From Mycobacteriales bacterium (GTDB taxonomy: Bacteria > Actinomycetota > Actinomycetes > Mycobacteriales > SCTD01), in contig JBKJOO010000198.1 of the NCBI GenBank assembly GCA_046595615.1, positions 1 to 44,951 on the forward strand: a stretch of DNA of 44,951 nucleotides. Direction: 5' to 3'. The notes beneath the pieces are model-generated. The model had not been told where the DNA came from. It did no database searches and saw only the letters and a list, made by a program, of their open reading frames with translations. The position numbers were made by a program, and so were the translations under genes. Shown here one piece after another: positions 8,894-17,924 of this stretch. The first letter of the stretch is position 1. Each line of letters begins with the position of its first letter.

Positions 8894-10168
8894 GTGACGA
8901 CCGCCGGCCGACCGCGACTGCATCCGGCTTGGACGGTCGCCGCTGTCGCCTTCGTCGCGCTCGTCGGCGCGGCCGGCTTCCGGGCGACGCCGGGCGTGCT
9001 GATCGAGCCGCTGCACCACGAGTTCGGCTGGAGCACGGCGACGATCAGCATCGCGGTGTCGGTCAACCTGCTGCTGTTCGGCCTGACCGCGCCGTTCGCC
9101 GCCGCGCTGATGGACCGCTTCGGCATCCGCCGGGTTGTCGCCGTCGCGCTGACGCTCGTCTCTGTCGGCAGCGGACTCACCGTCTTCATGACCCGCGCCT
9201 GGCAGCTGATCGCCTGCTGGGGCGTCCTTGTCGGCCTCGGCACCGGCTCGATGGCGTTGGTCTTCGGGGCCACGATCGCCAACCGCTGGTTCACCGAACG
9301 CCGCGGCCTGGTCGTCGGCATCCTGACCGCCGGCGGTGCTGCCGGGCAGCTGATCTTCCTGTCGCTGCTGTCGCTGCTGGTGCAGCGACACGGCTGGCGC
9401 ACCGCCGCACTGACCGTCAGCGGGGTGGCACTGCTTGTCGTACCGCTCGTCGTCGCCTTCCTGCGTGAGCGCCCCAGCGATCTCGGCCTGCTGCCGTACG
9501 GCGCGACGGTGGCCGTGCCGGCCCCCGTCCAGACGCTGAGCCCGGCCCGGGCCGCCCTCGATGCCTTGCGCTTCGCCGCCGGGACGCGCGCGTTCTGGCT
9601 CCTGGCAGGGGGTTTCGCCATCTGCGGGGCCACCACGAACGGTTTGGTCGGGACGCACTTCATCCCGGCGGCGCACGACCACGGCATGGGCATGACGACC
9701 GCCGCCTCGTTGCTCGCCGTGGTCGGCGTCTTCGACATCGTCGGCACCATCGCCAGCGGCTGGCTGACCGACCGCACCGACAGCCGACTTCTGCTCGGGT
9801 GGTACTACCTGCTGCGTGGCCTGTCGCTGTTCGCCCTCCCGGTGCTGTTCGCCGCCACCCCGCAGGCCCGGATCCTGCTGTTCGTCGTGTTCTACGGCCT
9901 GGACTGGGTGGCCACCGTCCCGCCGACGGTCGCCCTGTGCCGGCAGCAGTTCGGCGACCAGGGCACCCTCGTGTTCGGCTGGGTCTTCGCCAGCCACCAG
10001 GTGGGGGCCGCCCTCGCCGCCGGTCTCGCCGGGCTGCTGCGCACCCGGCTGGGTTCCTACGACGCGGCCTGGTTCGGCGCGGGCGCGCTCTGCCTGGTCG
10101 CAGCCGGGCTGTCGGTGACGATCGGCCGGGTGCGGGTCGGGACCGCCCCCGCCATCGCCGTGGCCTGA
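8894..10168 (+). CDS. MFS transporter
   Basis: About 12 TM segments, ALMDRFGIRR motif A, GWLTDR; GTG 8894 is 7 nt after TAGCCT (leaderless). Confidence 0.88.
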   Translation: MTTAGRPRLHPAWTVAAVAFVALVGAAGFRATPGVLIEPLHHEFGWSTATISIAVSVNLLLFGLTAPFAAALMDRFGIRRVVAVALTLVSVGSGLTVFMTRAWQLIACWGVLVGLGTGSMALVFGATIANRWFTERRGLVVGILTAGGAAGQLIFLSLLSLLVQRHGWRTAALTVSGVALLVVPLVVAFLRERPSDLGLLPYGATVAVPAPVQTLSPARAALDALRFAAGTRAFWLLAGGFAICGATTNGLVGTHFIPAAHDHGMGMTTAASLLAVVGVFDIVGTIASGWLTDRTDSRLLLGWYYLLRGLSLFALPVLFAATPQARILLFVVFYGLDWVATVPPTVALCRQQFGDQGTLVFGWVFASHQVGAALAAGLAGLLRTRLGSYDAAWFGAGALCLVAAGLSVTIGRVRVGTAPAIAVA

Positions 10169-10179
10169 GCGGCCGCGTC

Positions 10180-11319
10180 GTGCAACGGGTCGTCGTCGTC
10201 GGGGCGGGGCTCGCCGGTGCCCGCTCGGTGCAGGAGCTGCGCGCGCAGGGCCACACCGGCGAGGTGGTGCTGCTCGGGGCCGAGCCGCACCTGCCCTATG
10301 ACCGGCCGCCGCTGTCGAAGGACCTGCTGCTCGGCACGGCCGACGACAGCACCCTCGACGGTGAGCTCGACGCCGACGTGCGACTCGGGGTGCGGGCCAC
10401 CGGGCTGCGGCCCGGAGTGGTCGAGACGACCGGCGGCGACGTCGGCTACGACGGCTTGGTGCTGGCGACCGGCGCGGCGCCGCGCGGCCTCGGCGCCGGG
10501 CTGACCTTGCGTACCGTCGACGACGCCCGGGCGCTGCGGGCCCGGCTCGTCCCGGGCGCCCGGGTCGTCGTCATCGGCGCCGGTTGGATCGGCGCCGAGG
10601 TCGCCACGGCCTCGGCCCGGGCCGGCTGCCGGACGACCGTGCTCGAGGGTGGCCCGGCGCCGCTGGGCATTCCCCTCGGCGTCGAGCTCGGTGCGCGCAC
10701 CATCGACTGGTACGCCGAGCTGGGGATCGACCTGCGGCTCGGCGCGGCGGTCGAGGCCGTCGAGCCCGACCGGGTCACCCTGGCCGGTGGCGAGCAGCTG
10801 GCTGCCGACCTCGTCGTCGTCGGCATCGGCGCCAGGCCGGACACCGCCTGGCTGGCCGACAGCGGTCTCGAGCTCGACCGGGGCGTCATCGTCGACGAGC
10901 ACCTGGCCGCGTCCTGGCCCGGCGTGGTCGCGGCCGGCGACTGCGCCGCCTGGTGGTCGCGCCGCTTCGGCACCCGGCTGCGGGTCGAGCACTGGGACGA
11001 CGCACTGCACGCACCGACGACGGCGGTGGCCACCCTGCTCGGCGGCGCGGCGGTGCACGACCCGGTGCCCTATTTCTGGTCCGACCAGCTGGGCCACCGG
11101 CTGCAGTACACCGGCCATCACGACGGCGCCGACACGGTGCTGCTGCGCGAGGGCGGCGACAGCTGGTCGGCGTGCTGGCTGCTGGCCGGCCGGCTGGTGG
11201 CGGTGCTCGCCGTCGACCGGCCGCGCGACCTGCTCCAGGGCCGGCGCCGGATCGAGGCCGGCGCCACCCCCGACCCGGTCCGGCTCGCCGACCCGGCAGT
11301 GCCGGTCAAGGACGCCTAA
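10180..11319 (+). CDS. FAD/NAD(P)-dependent ferredoxin reductase-like oxidoreductase
   Basis: VVVGAGLAG, YDRPPLSK, LATGA, IGAGWIGAEVA, AAGDCA, VEHW, PYFWSDQ. Confidence 0.88.
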   Translation: MQRVVVVGAGLAGARSVQELRAQGHTGEVVLLGAEPHLPYDRPPLSKDLLLGTADDSTLDGELDADVRLGVRATGLRPGVVETTGGDVGYDGLVLATGAAPRGLGAGLTLRTVDDARALRARLVPGARVVVIGAGWIGAEVATASARAGCRTTVLEGGPAPLGIPLGVELGARTIDWYAELGIDLRLGAAVEAVEPDRVTLAGGEQLAADLVVVGIGARPDTAWLADSGLELDRGVIVDEHLAASWPGVVAAGDCAAWWSRRFGTRLRVEHWDDALHAPTTAVATLLGGAAVHDPVPYFWSDQLGHRLQYTGHHDGADTVLLREGGDSWSACWLLAGRLVAVLAVDRPRDLLQGRRRIEAGATPDPVRLADPAVPVKDA

Positions 11320-11328
11320 TCTGTCCGG

Positions 11329-12939
11329 GTGAACCGCGTCAGCCTGATCGGCCCCGCCCCCGCCCTTGCCTCCTATCTCACCCGCTGCGGCGTCGAGGTG
11401 GCAGATGTGCTCAGCGACGACGCGACCGCCGTCCTGGTCGTCGGCGCCGCAGACCTCACCGAGCGGCTCGAGGACACCCTGCTGACCCGGGCCGCCGCCG
11501 GCACCCCGGTCCTGCTGATCGGTCCGACCATGAGCACGGCCCTGTCCGATGCGGCCGGGCTCGTCCCGGGGCGGGTCACGCCGCTGCACGAGGTGCGGGT
11601 GCGCCCCGGCCCCGGCGCCGGCGACATCGGTGCCCGGCTCGGCGGCGACCTCATCGTGACCGACCGCTGGCCGCTGCAGGAGAAGGTCGCCGACGACGTC
11701 GAGGTGCTGCTGACCGCCAACGTCTCGTTCACCGACCACCCGGTCGCCACCTGGCGGCCGAACACCTGCATCGGGGTGCTGACCGTCGGCTCGACGGACC
11801 GGACCGTGGCCGACCCGGCCTGGCAACGCATCGTGCATCGCCTGCTGCGGCGGATCACTGGCGCGGTCGACAGCGCTCCGGTGCGGGTCGGCATCCTTGG
11901 CTACGGCGCGATCGGCCACGAGCACAACACCGCGATCCAGCTGACCGAAGGGCTTGCGCTGGCGGCGGTCTGCGACCCCAATCCGCTGCGGATCGAGGCC
12001 GCCCGGGAGCTCGCCCCCGGCTTGGTGGGGCATGCCCGCGGCGAGGACCTGCTGGCCGATCCCGACGTCGACCTGGTCATCGTCTCCACCCCGCCCAACA
12101 CGCACGCCGAATGGACCCTGCGGGCGCTCGAGGCCGGCAAGCACGTGGTGGTCGAGAAGCCGTTCTGCATCACGGTCGCCGAGGCTGACCGGCAGATCGC
12201 CGCGGCCAGGGAGCGGGGCCTCATGCTCGCGGTCTATCAGAACCGTCGGTGGGACAGCGACTATCTCGCCCTCAAGCAGGTCGTGCGCAGCGGCCAGCTC
12301 GGTGAGGTCTTCCATTACGAGAGCTTCATCGGCGGCTATGGCCACCCCTGCAACTACTGGCACTCCGACGAGGACGTCAGCGGCGGCGCGATCTACGACT
12401 GGGGGAGCCACTACCTCGACTGGGCCCTGGATCTGTTCCCCCAGGAGGTCGAGTGGATCTCGGCGACCACCCACAAGCGGGTCTGGCACGACGTCACCAA
12501 CGCCGACCACAGCCGGGTGCTGGTGCACTTCGTCGACGGGGTCGAGGCCGAGTTCACCCATTCCGACCTGGCTGCTGCCGCCAAGCCGAAGTTCTACGTG
12601 CTGGGCACCGAGGGTGGCCTGATCGGCGACTGGCGCGAGGAGAAGGTCGTCGCCAGGTCCTCGATCGGCACCCTGTCGGAGGACCGGCTCGCGGTCTCCG
12701 ACAGCCCCGCCGACCTGCGGGTGTTCACCCCCAACGGCGACGGCCGCACGCACGAGACCCGGCTGGCCGTCCCGCCGGCGCCCGCGCAGCCGTTCCACCG
12801 CCAGCTCGCCGACACCTTGCTCTCCGGCGAGCCGATGGACGTCACCCCGGAGGGGAGCAAGCGCAACATCGCCGTCATGCAGGCGGCCACGCTCTCCGCA
12901 GCGCAGGGCGGCCGGCCGGTGCCGCTGCCCACCGCGTGA
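11329..12939 (+). CDS. Gfo/Idh/MocA oxidoreductase with extra ~180-aa N-terminal domain
   Basis: VGILGYGAIG, STPPNTH, VVVEKP, YQNRRWD, GGAIYDWGSH. Confidence 0.85.
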   Translation: MNRVSLIGPAPALASYLTRCGVEVADVLSDDATAVLVVGAADLTERLEDTLLTRAAAGTPVLLIGPTMSTALSDAAGLVPGRVTPLHEVRVRPGPGAGDIGARLGGDLIVTDRWPLQEKVADDVEVLLTANVSFTDHPVATWRPNTCIGVLTVGSTDRTVADPAWQRIVHRLLRRITGAVDSAPVRVGILGYGAIGHEHNTAIQLTEGLALAAVCDPNPLRIEAARELAPGLVGHARGEDLLADPDVDLVIVSTPPNTHAEWTLRALEAGKHVVVEKPFCITVAEADRQIAAARERGLMLAVYQNRRWDSDYLALKQVVRSGQLGEVFHYESFIGGYGHPCNYWHSDEDVSGGAIYDWGSHYLDWALDLFPQEVEWISATTHKRVWHDVTNADHSRVLVHFVDGVEAEFTHSDLAAAAKPKFYVLGTEGGLIGDWREEKVVARSSIGTLSEDRLAVSDSPADLRVFTPNGDGRTHETRLAVPPAPAQPFHRQLADTLLSGEPMDVTPEGSKRNIAVMQAATLSAAQGGRPVPLPTA

Positions 12940-13898
12940 CCGTCCGCTGGGGCTTCCTCGGCGCCGGCATGATCGCCCGCGTCGGACTGGCCCCGGCCGT
13001 GCACGCCGCCGACGGCGCGTTGCTCCAGCACGCCGCGGCCCGCGAGCTGACCAGGGCCGCGGCGCTCGGCGCCCTCACCGCCGGCACGTCGTACGACGCG
13101 GTGCTCGCCGATCCGGACGTCGACGCGGTCTACATCGCGCTGTCCAACGAGGCGCATCTGCCCTGGACCCTTGCCGCGCTGCGGGCCGGCAAGCAGGTGC
13201 TGTGCGAGAAGCCGCTCGGGCTGACCGCCGGCGAGGTCGAGCAGGTGCTGGCCGTCGCGGCCGAGACGGGCTGCACCGCGGTCGAGGCGAGCTGGTACCG
13301 CTGGCACCCCCGGATCCGGCTCGCTCAGCAGCGGCTCGCGGGGATCGGCCGGGTCGAGCACGTCACCGCCGGCTTCACCTTCGGCGGGGTGCCCGATGGC
13401 AACTACCGGCTCGACCCGGCGCGCGGCGGCGGAGCGATGTACGACGTCGGCTGCTACGCCGTCAGCGCCTGCCTCTGGGCGGTCGGGCGGGGGCTGCCGG
13501 ATGAGGTCACCGCCACCTCGACGTACGCCGGGACAGGGGTCGACCTGGATACCCGCGCGATCCTCGACTGGGACGGGGTGACCGCGGAAGTCCACGTCGG
13601 CATCGACGGCAGCGAAGGCCAGTGGCTGGTCGTCACCGGTGAGCGGGGCGAACTCGAGCTGCGCGACTCGCCCTACACGTCGTGGCGGGACGACAGCGAG
13701 CTGTGGGTGTCGGACGGTGCGGGCACCGAACGGCTGCGGGTGCCGCCGGTCGACGCCTACCGCGTCATGGTCGAGGAGGTGTCGTCGGCCCTCACCGGTG
13801 GCCCCGGTTGGGTGCTGCCGCTGGAGGAATCCCGGCAGACCGCGGCGGTCCTCGATGCCGTCCGGGCCAGCGCCGCCGCCGCGCGCGTCGCGACCTAG
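12936..13898 (+). CDS. Gfo/Idh/MocA oxidoreductase
   Basis: WGFLGAGMIA, VYIAL, VLCEKPL, GGGAMYDVGCY; GTGA overlap with upstream gene. Confidence 0.87.
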   Translation: MTVRWGFLGAGMIARVGLAPAVHAADGALLQHAAARELTRAAALGALTAGTSYDAVLADPDVDAVYIALSNEAHLPWTLAALRAGKQVLCEKPLGLTAGEVEQVLAVAAETGCTAVEASWYRWHPRIRLAQQRLAGIGRVEHVTAGFTFGGVPDGNYRLDPARGGGAMYDVGCYAVSACLWAVGRGLPDEVTATSTYAGTGVDLDTRAILDWDGVTAEVHVGIDGSEGQWLVVTGERGELELRDSPYTSWRDDSELWVSDGAGTERLRVPPVDAYRVMVEEVSSALTGGPGWVLPLEESRQTAAVLDAVRASAAAARVAT

Positions 13899-13907
13899 GC
13901 TGCTCCC

Positions 13908-14249
13908 ATGCCAGAGGACGCCCCGGAGCTGCTCACCGTCGACGAGGTTGCCGTCCGGATGGGCATCGGTGCCACCGGTGTCCGGCAGCTGGTCAGCGAG
14001 CGCCGACTGCTCGGCCTGCGCGACGAGCACGGCGAGGTGCGCGTCCCGGCGCGGGCCCTTGACGGCGCCGAGCCGGTCAAGCACCTGTCCGGGGTGCTGA
14101 CGCTGCTGCACGACGCGCGCTACACGCCGGAGCAGGCGCTGCGCTGGCTCAACACCGAGGACGACTCGCTGCCCGGCTCACCGTTCGACGCGCTGCACGA
14201 GAACCGTGCCACCGAGGTGAAGCGGCGGGCCCAGGCGCTGCTGCTGTGA
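13908..14249 (+). CDS. Rv2175c-family DNA-binding protein
   Basis: N-terminal HTH (LLTVDEVAVRMG), GVLTLLHD, C-terminal EVKRRAQAL typical of the family. Confidence 0.85.
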   Translation: MPEDAPELLTVDEVAVRMGIGATGVRQLVSERRLLGLRDEHGEVRVPARALDGAEPVKHLSGVLTLLHDARYTPEQALRWLNTEDDSLPGSPFDALHENRATEVKRRAQALLL

Positions 14250-14446
14250 GGCTGCTGATCAATGGCGAGCCGCGGGAGGTCGCGGACGGCACGACGCTGC
14301 CCGCGCTCGTCGCCTCGCTCGGCCTGAAGGTCGGTACGGTCGTCGTCGAGCACAACGGCACCGCTCTGCTGCGGTCCGAGGTCGAGCGGGCGGTGCTCGC
14401 CGGTGGTGACCGGCTCGAGCTCATCCGGGCGGTGGCCGGTGGCTGA
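14246..14446 (+). CDS. thiS: Sulfur carrier protein
   Basis: 66 aa, INGE start, C-terminal AVAGG. Confidence 0.93.
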   Translation: MRLLINGEPREVADGTTLPALVASLGLKVGTVVVEHNGTALLRSEVERAVLAGGDRLELIRAVAGG

Positions 14447-15071
14447 CCGGTGGGCCCGCCTTGCCGATGCACGGCTGTATCTCTGCACACCCGCGCGGCC
14501 CGACCTCGCCGACTTCCTCGACGAGGTGCTGGCCGGTGGCGTCGACATCGTGCAGTTGCGCGAGAAGGGCTTGGAGGCACGGCAGGAGCTCGCGTTGTGC
14601 GAGGTGGTCGCAGCGGCCGCAGCTCGGCACGGCGCGCTGTGGTCGGTCAACGACCGCGCCGACGTCGCCTTCGCGGCCCGGCCCGACGTCCTGCACCTGG
14701 GCCAGGACGACCTCCCGGTGCCGTTGGCGCGGCAGCTGCTCGGCGACGACGTCCTGCTCGGGCTGTCCACGCACGACCGCGCTCAGGTCGACGCCGCCGC
14801 GACCGAGCCGGGTGTCGACTACTTCTGCGTCGGCCCGACCTGGCCCACCCCCACCAAGCCCGGCCGGGCCGCCCCCGGCCTGTCCCTCACCGCGTACGCC
14901 GGGGCGGTGGCTGGCGACCGCCCCTGGTTCGCCATCGGCGGCATCGACCTTGCCAACCTCGAGGAGGTCCTCGCGGCGGGCGCGACCCGCGTGGTGGTCG
15001 TGCGGGCGCTCACCGAGGCGGCCGATCCGCGCGCGGCCGCCGAGTCGTTCGCCGCGCGGCTGCGCCGGTGA
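14439..15071 (+). CDS. thiE: Thiamine-phosphate synthase
   Basis: VQLREK, VNDRAD, HLGQDD, GLSTH, TPTK, FAIGGI. Confidence 0.94.
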   Translation: MADRWARLADARLYLCTPARPDLADFLDEVLAGGVDIVQLREKGLEARQELALCEVVAAAAARHGALWSVNDRADVAFAARPDVLHLGQDDLPVPLARQLLGDDVLLGLSTHDRAQVDAAATEPGVDYFCVGPTWPTPTKPGRAAPGLSLTAYAGAVAGDRPWFAIGGIDLANLEEVLAAGATRVVVVRALTEAADPRAAAESFAARLRR

Positions 15072-15388
15072 GGGCGGCTTACCTGGTGGTGCTCGCGGTG
15101 TGCGTCCTCGGCACGCTGCCGCTCGAGCTGGTGCTGCACACCCGGGTCTACGGCCGGCCGCGGCGATTGCTGCTCACCCTGCTCCCGGTGGTGGCCGTCT
15201 TCGTCGGCTGGGACGTGCTCGCGATCCGGGCCGGCCACTGGGGCTACGACCCCCGGCAGACCACCGGCGTCCTGCTCGGCAACGTCCCGCTCGAGGAGGT
15301 GACGTTCTTCCTGGTCATCCCGGTCTGCGCGATCCTCACCCTGGAGGCGGTCCGGGCCGTGAAGGGCTGGCGGGTCGGCGACGAATGA
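15068..15388 (+). CDS. crtYc: Heterodimeric lycopene cyclase subunit (CrtYc-like)
   Basis: Small membrane protein with WDVLAI and VPLEEVTFF motifs. Confidence 0.82.
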   Translation: MRAAYLVVLAVCVLGTLPLELVLHTRVYGRPRRLLLTLLPVVAVFVGWDVLAIRAGHWGYDPRQTTGVLLGNVPLEEVTFFLVIPVCAILTLEAVRAVKGWRVGDE

Positions 15389-15729
15389 CCTACACCCAAG
15401 CCGCCCTGCTCGGGGTGGCCGGCACGATCGCGCTCGACCTGCTGGTGCTGCGGACCCGCCTGCTGCGCCGCCGCGCCTTCTGGACGTCGTACGCGATCGT
15501 GCTGGTCTTCCAGCTGCTGACCAACGGCGTCCTGACCGGACGGGGGATCGTGTTCTACGCCGGTCGGGCGGTCGCCGGGGTCGGCTCGGCGGCGGGCCGG
15601 ACCCCGCCGTTCCTCGGCCAGGGCAGGATCGCGTACGCGCCGTTCGAGGACCTGCTGTTCGGGTTCGCACTGGTGGTGCAGACCCTGTCCTGGTGGGTCT
15701 GGTGGGGCCGCCGCCTGGACCGCCGCTGA
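15385..15729 (+). CDS. crtYd: Heterodimeric lycopene cyclase subunit (CrtYd-like)
   Basis: Small membrane protein with NGVLT and APFEDLLFGF motifs; ATGA overlap. Confidence 0.8.
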   Translation: MTYTQAALLGVAGTIALDLLVLRTRLLRRRAFWTSYAIVLVFQLLTNGVLTGRGIVFYAGRAVAGVGSAAGRTPPFLGQGRIAYAPFEDLLFGFALVVQTLSWWVWWGRRLDRR

Positions 15730-15773
15730 CCGGCCCACCCCCGCTCCCGGTTCCCCGGCCCACCCCCGCCGTA

Positions 15774-15831
15774 CCGTCTCGTGTCGTGAAACGTGGGCGT
15801 TTTGTACCCCTGAAATCACGAGAGGAGACGG
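15774..15831. repeat. REP-like element family C, copy 1 (CCGTCTCGTGTCGTG...CACGA...AGACGG)
   Basis: 58-bp imperfect palindrome; a second 58-bp copy lies at 41384-41441. Confidence 0.65.
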
Positions 15832-16106
15832 GAGGGTGCGACCGGCGCGGCAGGAGCGCCGAATGGCCAGCGGCGAGGAGCCGGCCTGGTCCGGCGGGAC
15901 CCGGCCTGGTCCGGCGCCGAACAGGCTTGGGACTCGGCCGCGTCCGGAGCAACCTGGAGGGGCCATCTGGCCCAATCGGCGGCCATTCGGCGTAGTCATT
16001 TCGGGCGCAAAGGTCATCCCATCGTGGGATAGATCAGCATTATTACTCTGCGTAGTCTAATCGCTACTGCGCCAGATGCACGGGTGCCGACGAAGGGCAA
16101 TGGGCC

Positions 16107-17852
16107 ATGTCAGCGAGTCAGAGCTGCCGAGTGGGACTCCCCGGAAGGCCGGCGCACCGCCGGGGCGTTGCCGGCGTGACCCTCGGGCTGCTGGTGGCCG
16201 CCGCGTTGCTGGCACCCGGAGCCTCGGCGACGACCGGTCGCCACGGTCAAGCCCAGGCCGTGATCGTGACCGGCCGGCCGGGCGCAGCAGCGACGGTCGA
16301 GCAGGCCGTCCGCGCCGCCGGTGGGACGGTGACCCGGGCGTTGCCTGTCATCAACGGGGTCGTTGCCCGCGTGCCGGCGGGGGCGCTGCCACTGCTCCGG
16401 ACGGTGCCCGGCGTGCGCTCGGTGACCGCCGACGTGTCCGGTCATTTCGCCAGCGTGTCGCCGGCCCTGGGCTACGACCCGGCGACCGATTCCGGCTCAC
16501 TCGACCTGATCGGCAAGGTGGTCGGCGCGCAGACCTCGTGGACCAGCGGCTACGCCGGAGCGGGCGTCGACATCGCCATGATCGACTCCGGCGTCGCGCC
16601 GGTGGCCGGGCTGACCAACGGCAACGTCGTCAACGGGCCCGACCTGTCCTTCGACTCCCAGAATGCTGCACTGACGCACAACGACATGTTCGGCCATGGC
16701 ACCCACATGGCGTCGATCATGGTGGGCCGGGACATCGTCGAGACCTCCAGCCGGGCGTACGTCGCGGACAGCAGCAAGGGCTTCGTCGGCGTCGCCCCCG
16801 ACGCGCGGGTGGTCAGCGTCAAGGTCGGTGCCGGTGACGGTTCGGCGGACGTCAGCCAGGTCATCGCCGCGATCGACTGGGTCGTCCAGCACGCCCACGA
16901 CCGCGGGTTCAACATGCGGGTGCTCAACCTCAGCTACGGCACCAACTCCGGGCAGGCCTACGACGTCGACCCGCTGGCTTTCGCCGCCGAATCCGCATGG
17001 CAGCACGGCATTGTCGTGGTCGCCGCCGGCGGCAACGACGGCACCTCGGTCGCGAGCCTGTCTGACCCGGCGTACGACCCGATGCTGCTCGCTGTCGGCG
17101 CCGACGATCCGGCCGGCACCGTCCGGACCGCCGACGACACCGTCCCGGCGTTCGCCAGCCACGGCACGGCTGCCCGGCACGTCGACCTGATCGCACCGGG
17201 CGTGCATGTCCTCGGCCTGCGGGTGCCGGGCTCGGCGATCGACGCGCACAACCCCGGCGCCGTCGTCGGGGGGCGCTTGTTCCGCGGATCCGGGACGAGC
17301 CAGGCGACCGCCGTGACCTCGGCCGCCGTGGCGCTGCTGCTGCAACGCTCCCCGCAGCTCACCCCGGACCAGGTCAAGCAGCGGCTCGTCACCAGCACCC
17401 ACGCCATCAAGGACGACGGCGAGCTCTACCGGGGTTCGGGCCTGCTCAGCCTCGACGGATCACTGACCCAGGCGCCGCGCGCGTACGCCGGGACAGTGCC
17501 GGCCTCGACCGGCACCGGCACCCTGGATGCGGCCCGGGGCGGCGCCTACGTCTCGGCCGGCGGCGTGGCGCTGCGCGGCGAACAGGACATCTTCGGTCGG
17601 GCCTTCACCAGCTCGGCGATGGCCACCTGCGCGGCGACGGCCTCCTGTTGGAGCGGCGGCGACTTCAACGGTGCGTCCTGGTCGGGTGCGTCCTGGTCAG
17701 GGGCCTCGTGGTCAGGGGCCTCGTGGTCGGGGGCCTCCTGGTCGGGAGCGTCGTGGTCGGGTGCATCCTGGTCCGGGTCGAGTTGGACCGGCGCGTCGTG
17801 GTCAGGGGCGTCGTGGTCGGGCGCGAGCTGGTCGGGCGCGAGTTGGTCGTGA
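16107..17852 (+). CDS. Secreted S8 (subtilisin-like) serine peptidase with C-terminal GASWS tandem repeats
   Basis: Signal peptide ending ASA, I9-like prodomain, triad motifs MIDSG / HGTHMA / GTSQA, oxyanion GND; 12 pentapeptide repeats before stop. Confidence 0.92.
   Translation: MSASQSCRVGLPGRPAHRRGVAGVTLGLLVAAALLAPGASATTGRHGQAQAVIVTGRPGAAATVEQAVRAAGGTVTRALPVINGVVARVPAGALPLLRTVPGVRSVTADVSGHFASVSPALGYDPATDSGSLDLIGKVVGAQTSWTSGYAGAGVDIAMIDSGVAPVAGLTNGNVVNGPDLSFDSQNAALTHNDMFGHGTHMASIMVGRDIVETSSRAYVADSSKGFVGVAPDARVVSVKVGAGDGSADVSQVIAAIDWVVQHAHDRGFNMRVLNLSYGTNSGQAYDVDPLAFAAESAWQHGIVVVAAGGNDGTSVASLSDPAYDPMLLAVGADDPAGTVRTADDTVPAFASHGTAARHVDLIAPGVHVLGLRVPGSAIDAHNPGAVVGGRLFRGSGTSQATAVTSAAVALLLQRSPQLTPDQVKQRLVTSTHAIKDDGELYRGSGLLSLDGSLTQAPRAYAGTVPASTGTGTLDAARGGAYVSAGGVALRGEQDIFGRAFTSSAMATCAATASCWSGGDFNGASWSGASWSGASWSGASWSGASWSGASWSGASWSGSSWTGASWSGASWSGASWSGASWS
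17670..17849 (+). repeat. 12 x 15-nt coding repeat (GASWS x7, GSSWT, GASWS x4)
   Basis: Read directly from sequence; synonymous codons vary between units. Confidence 0.97.
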
Positions 17853-17924
17853 GGTGAGCTCCACCCGGTTCGGCACAGTCGCCGGGCCGGGTGGAGCGGA
17901 CGTCGGCAAGGAGGGAGCAGCGAG

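Noticed and set aside
10057-12798. 913-aa minus-strand ORF and similar long ORFs (7765-9777, 26385-28745, 12594-14111, 4891-5949)
   Set aside because: Antisense or alternate-frame shadows of well-supported genes, expected at this GC content; no motifs.
17670-17849. GASWS tract as assembly artefact, CRISPR, or cytokine-receptor WSXWS motif
   Set aside because: Units differ at synonymous sites, have no spacers and are in frame; Trp spacing is 5 residues, not the 3 of WSXWS.
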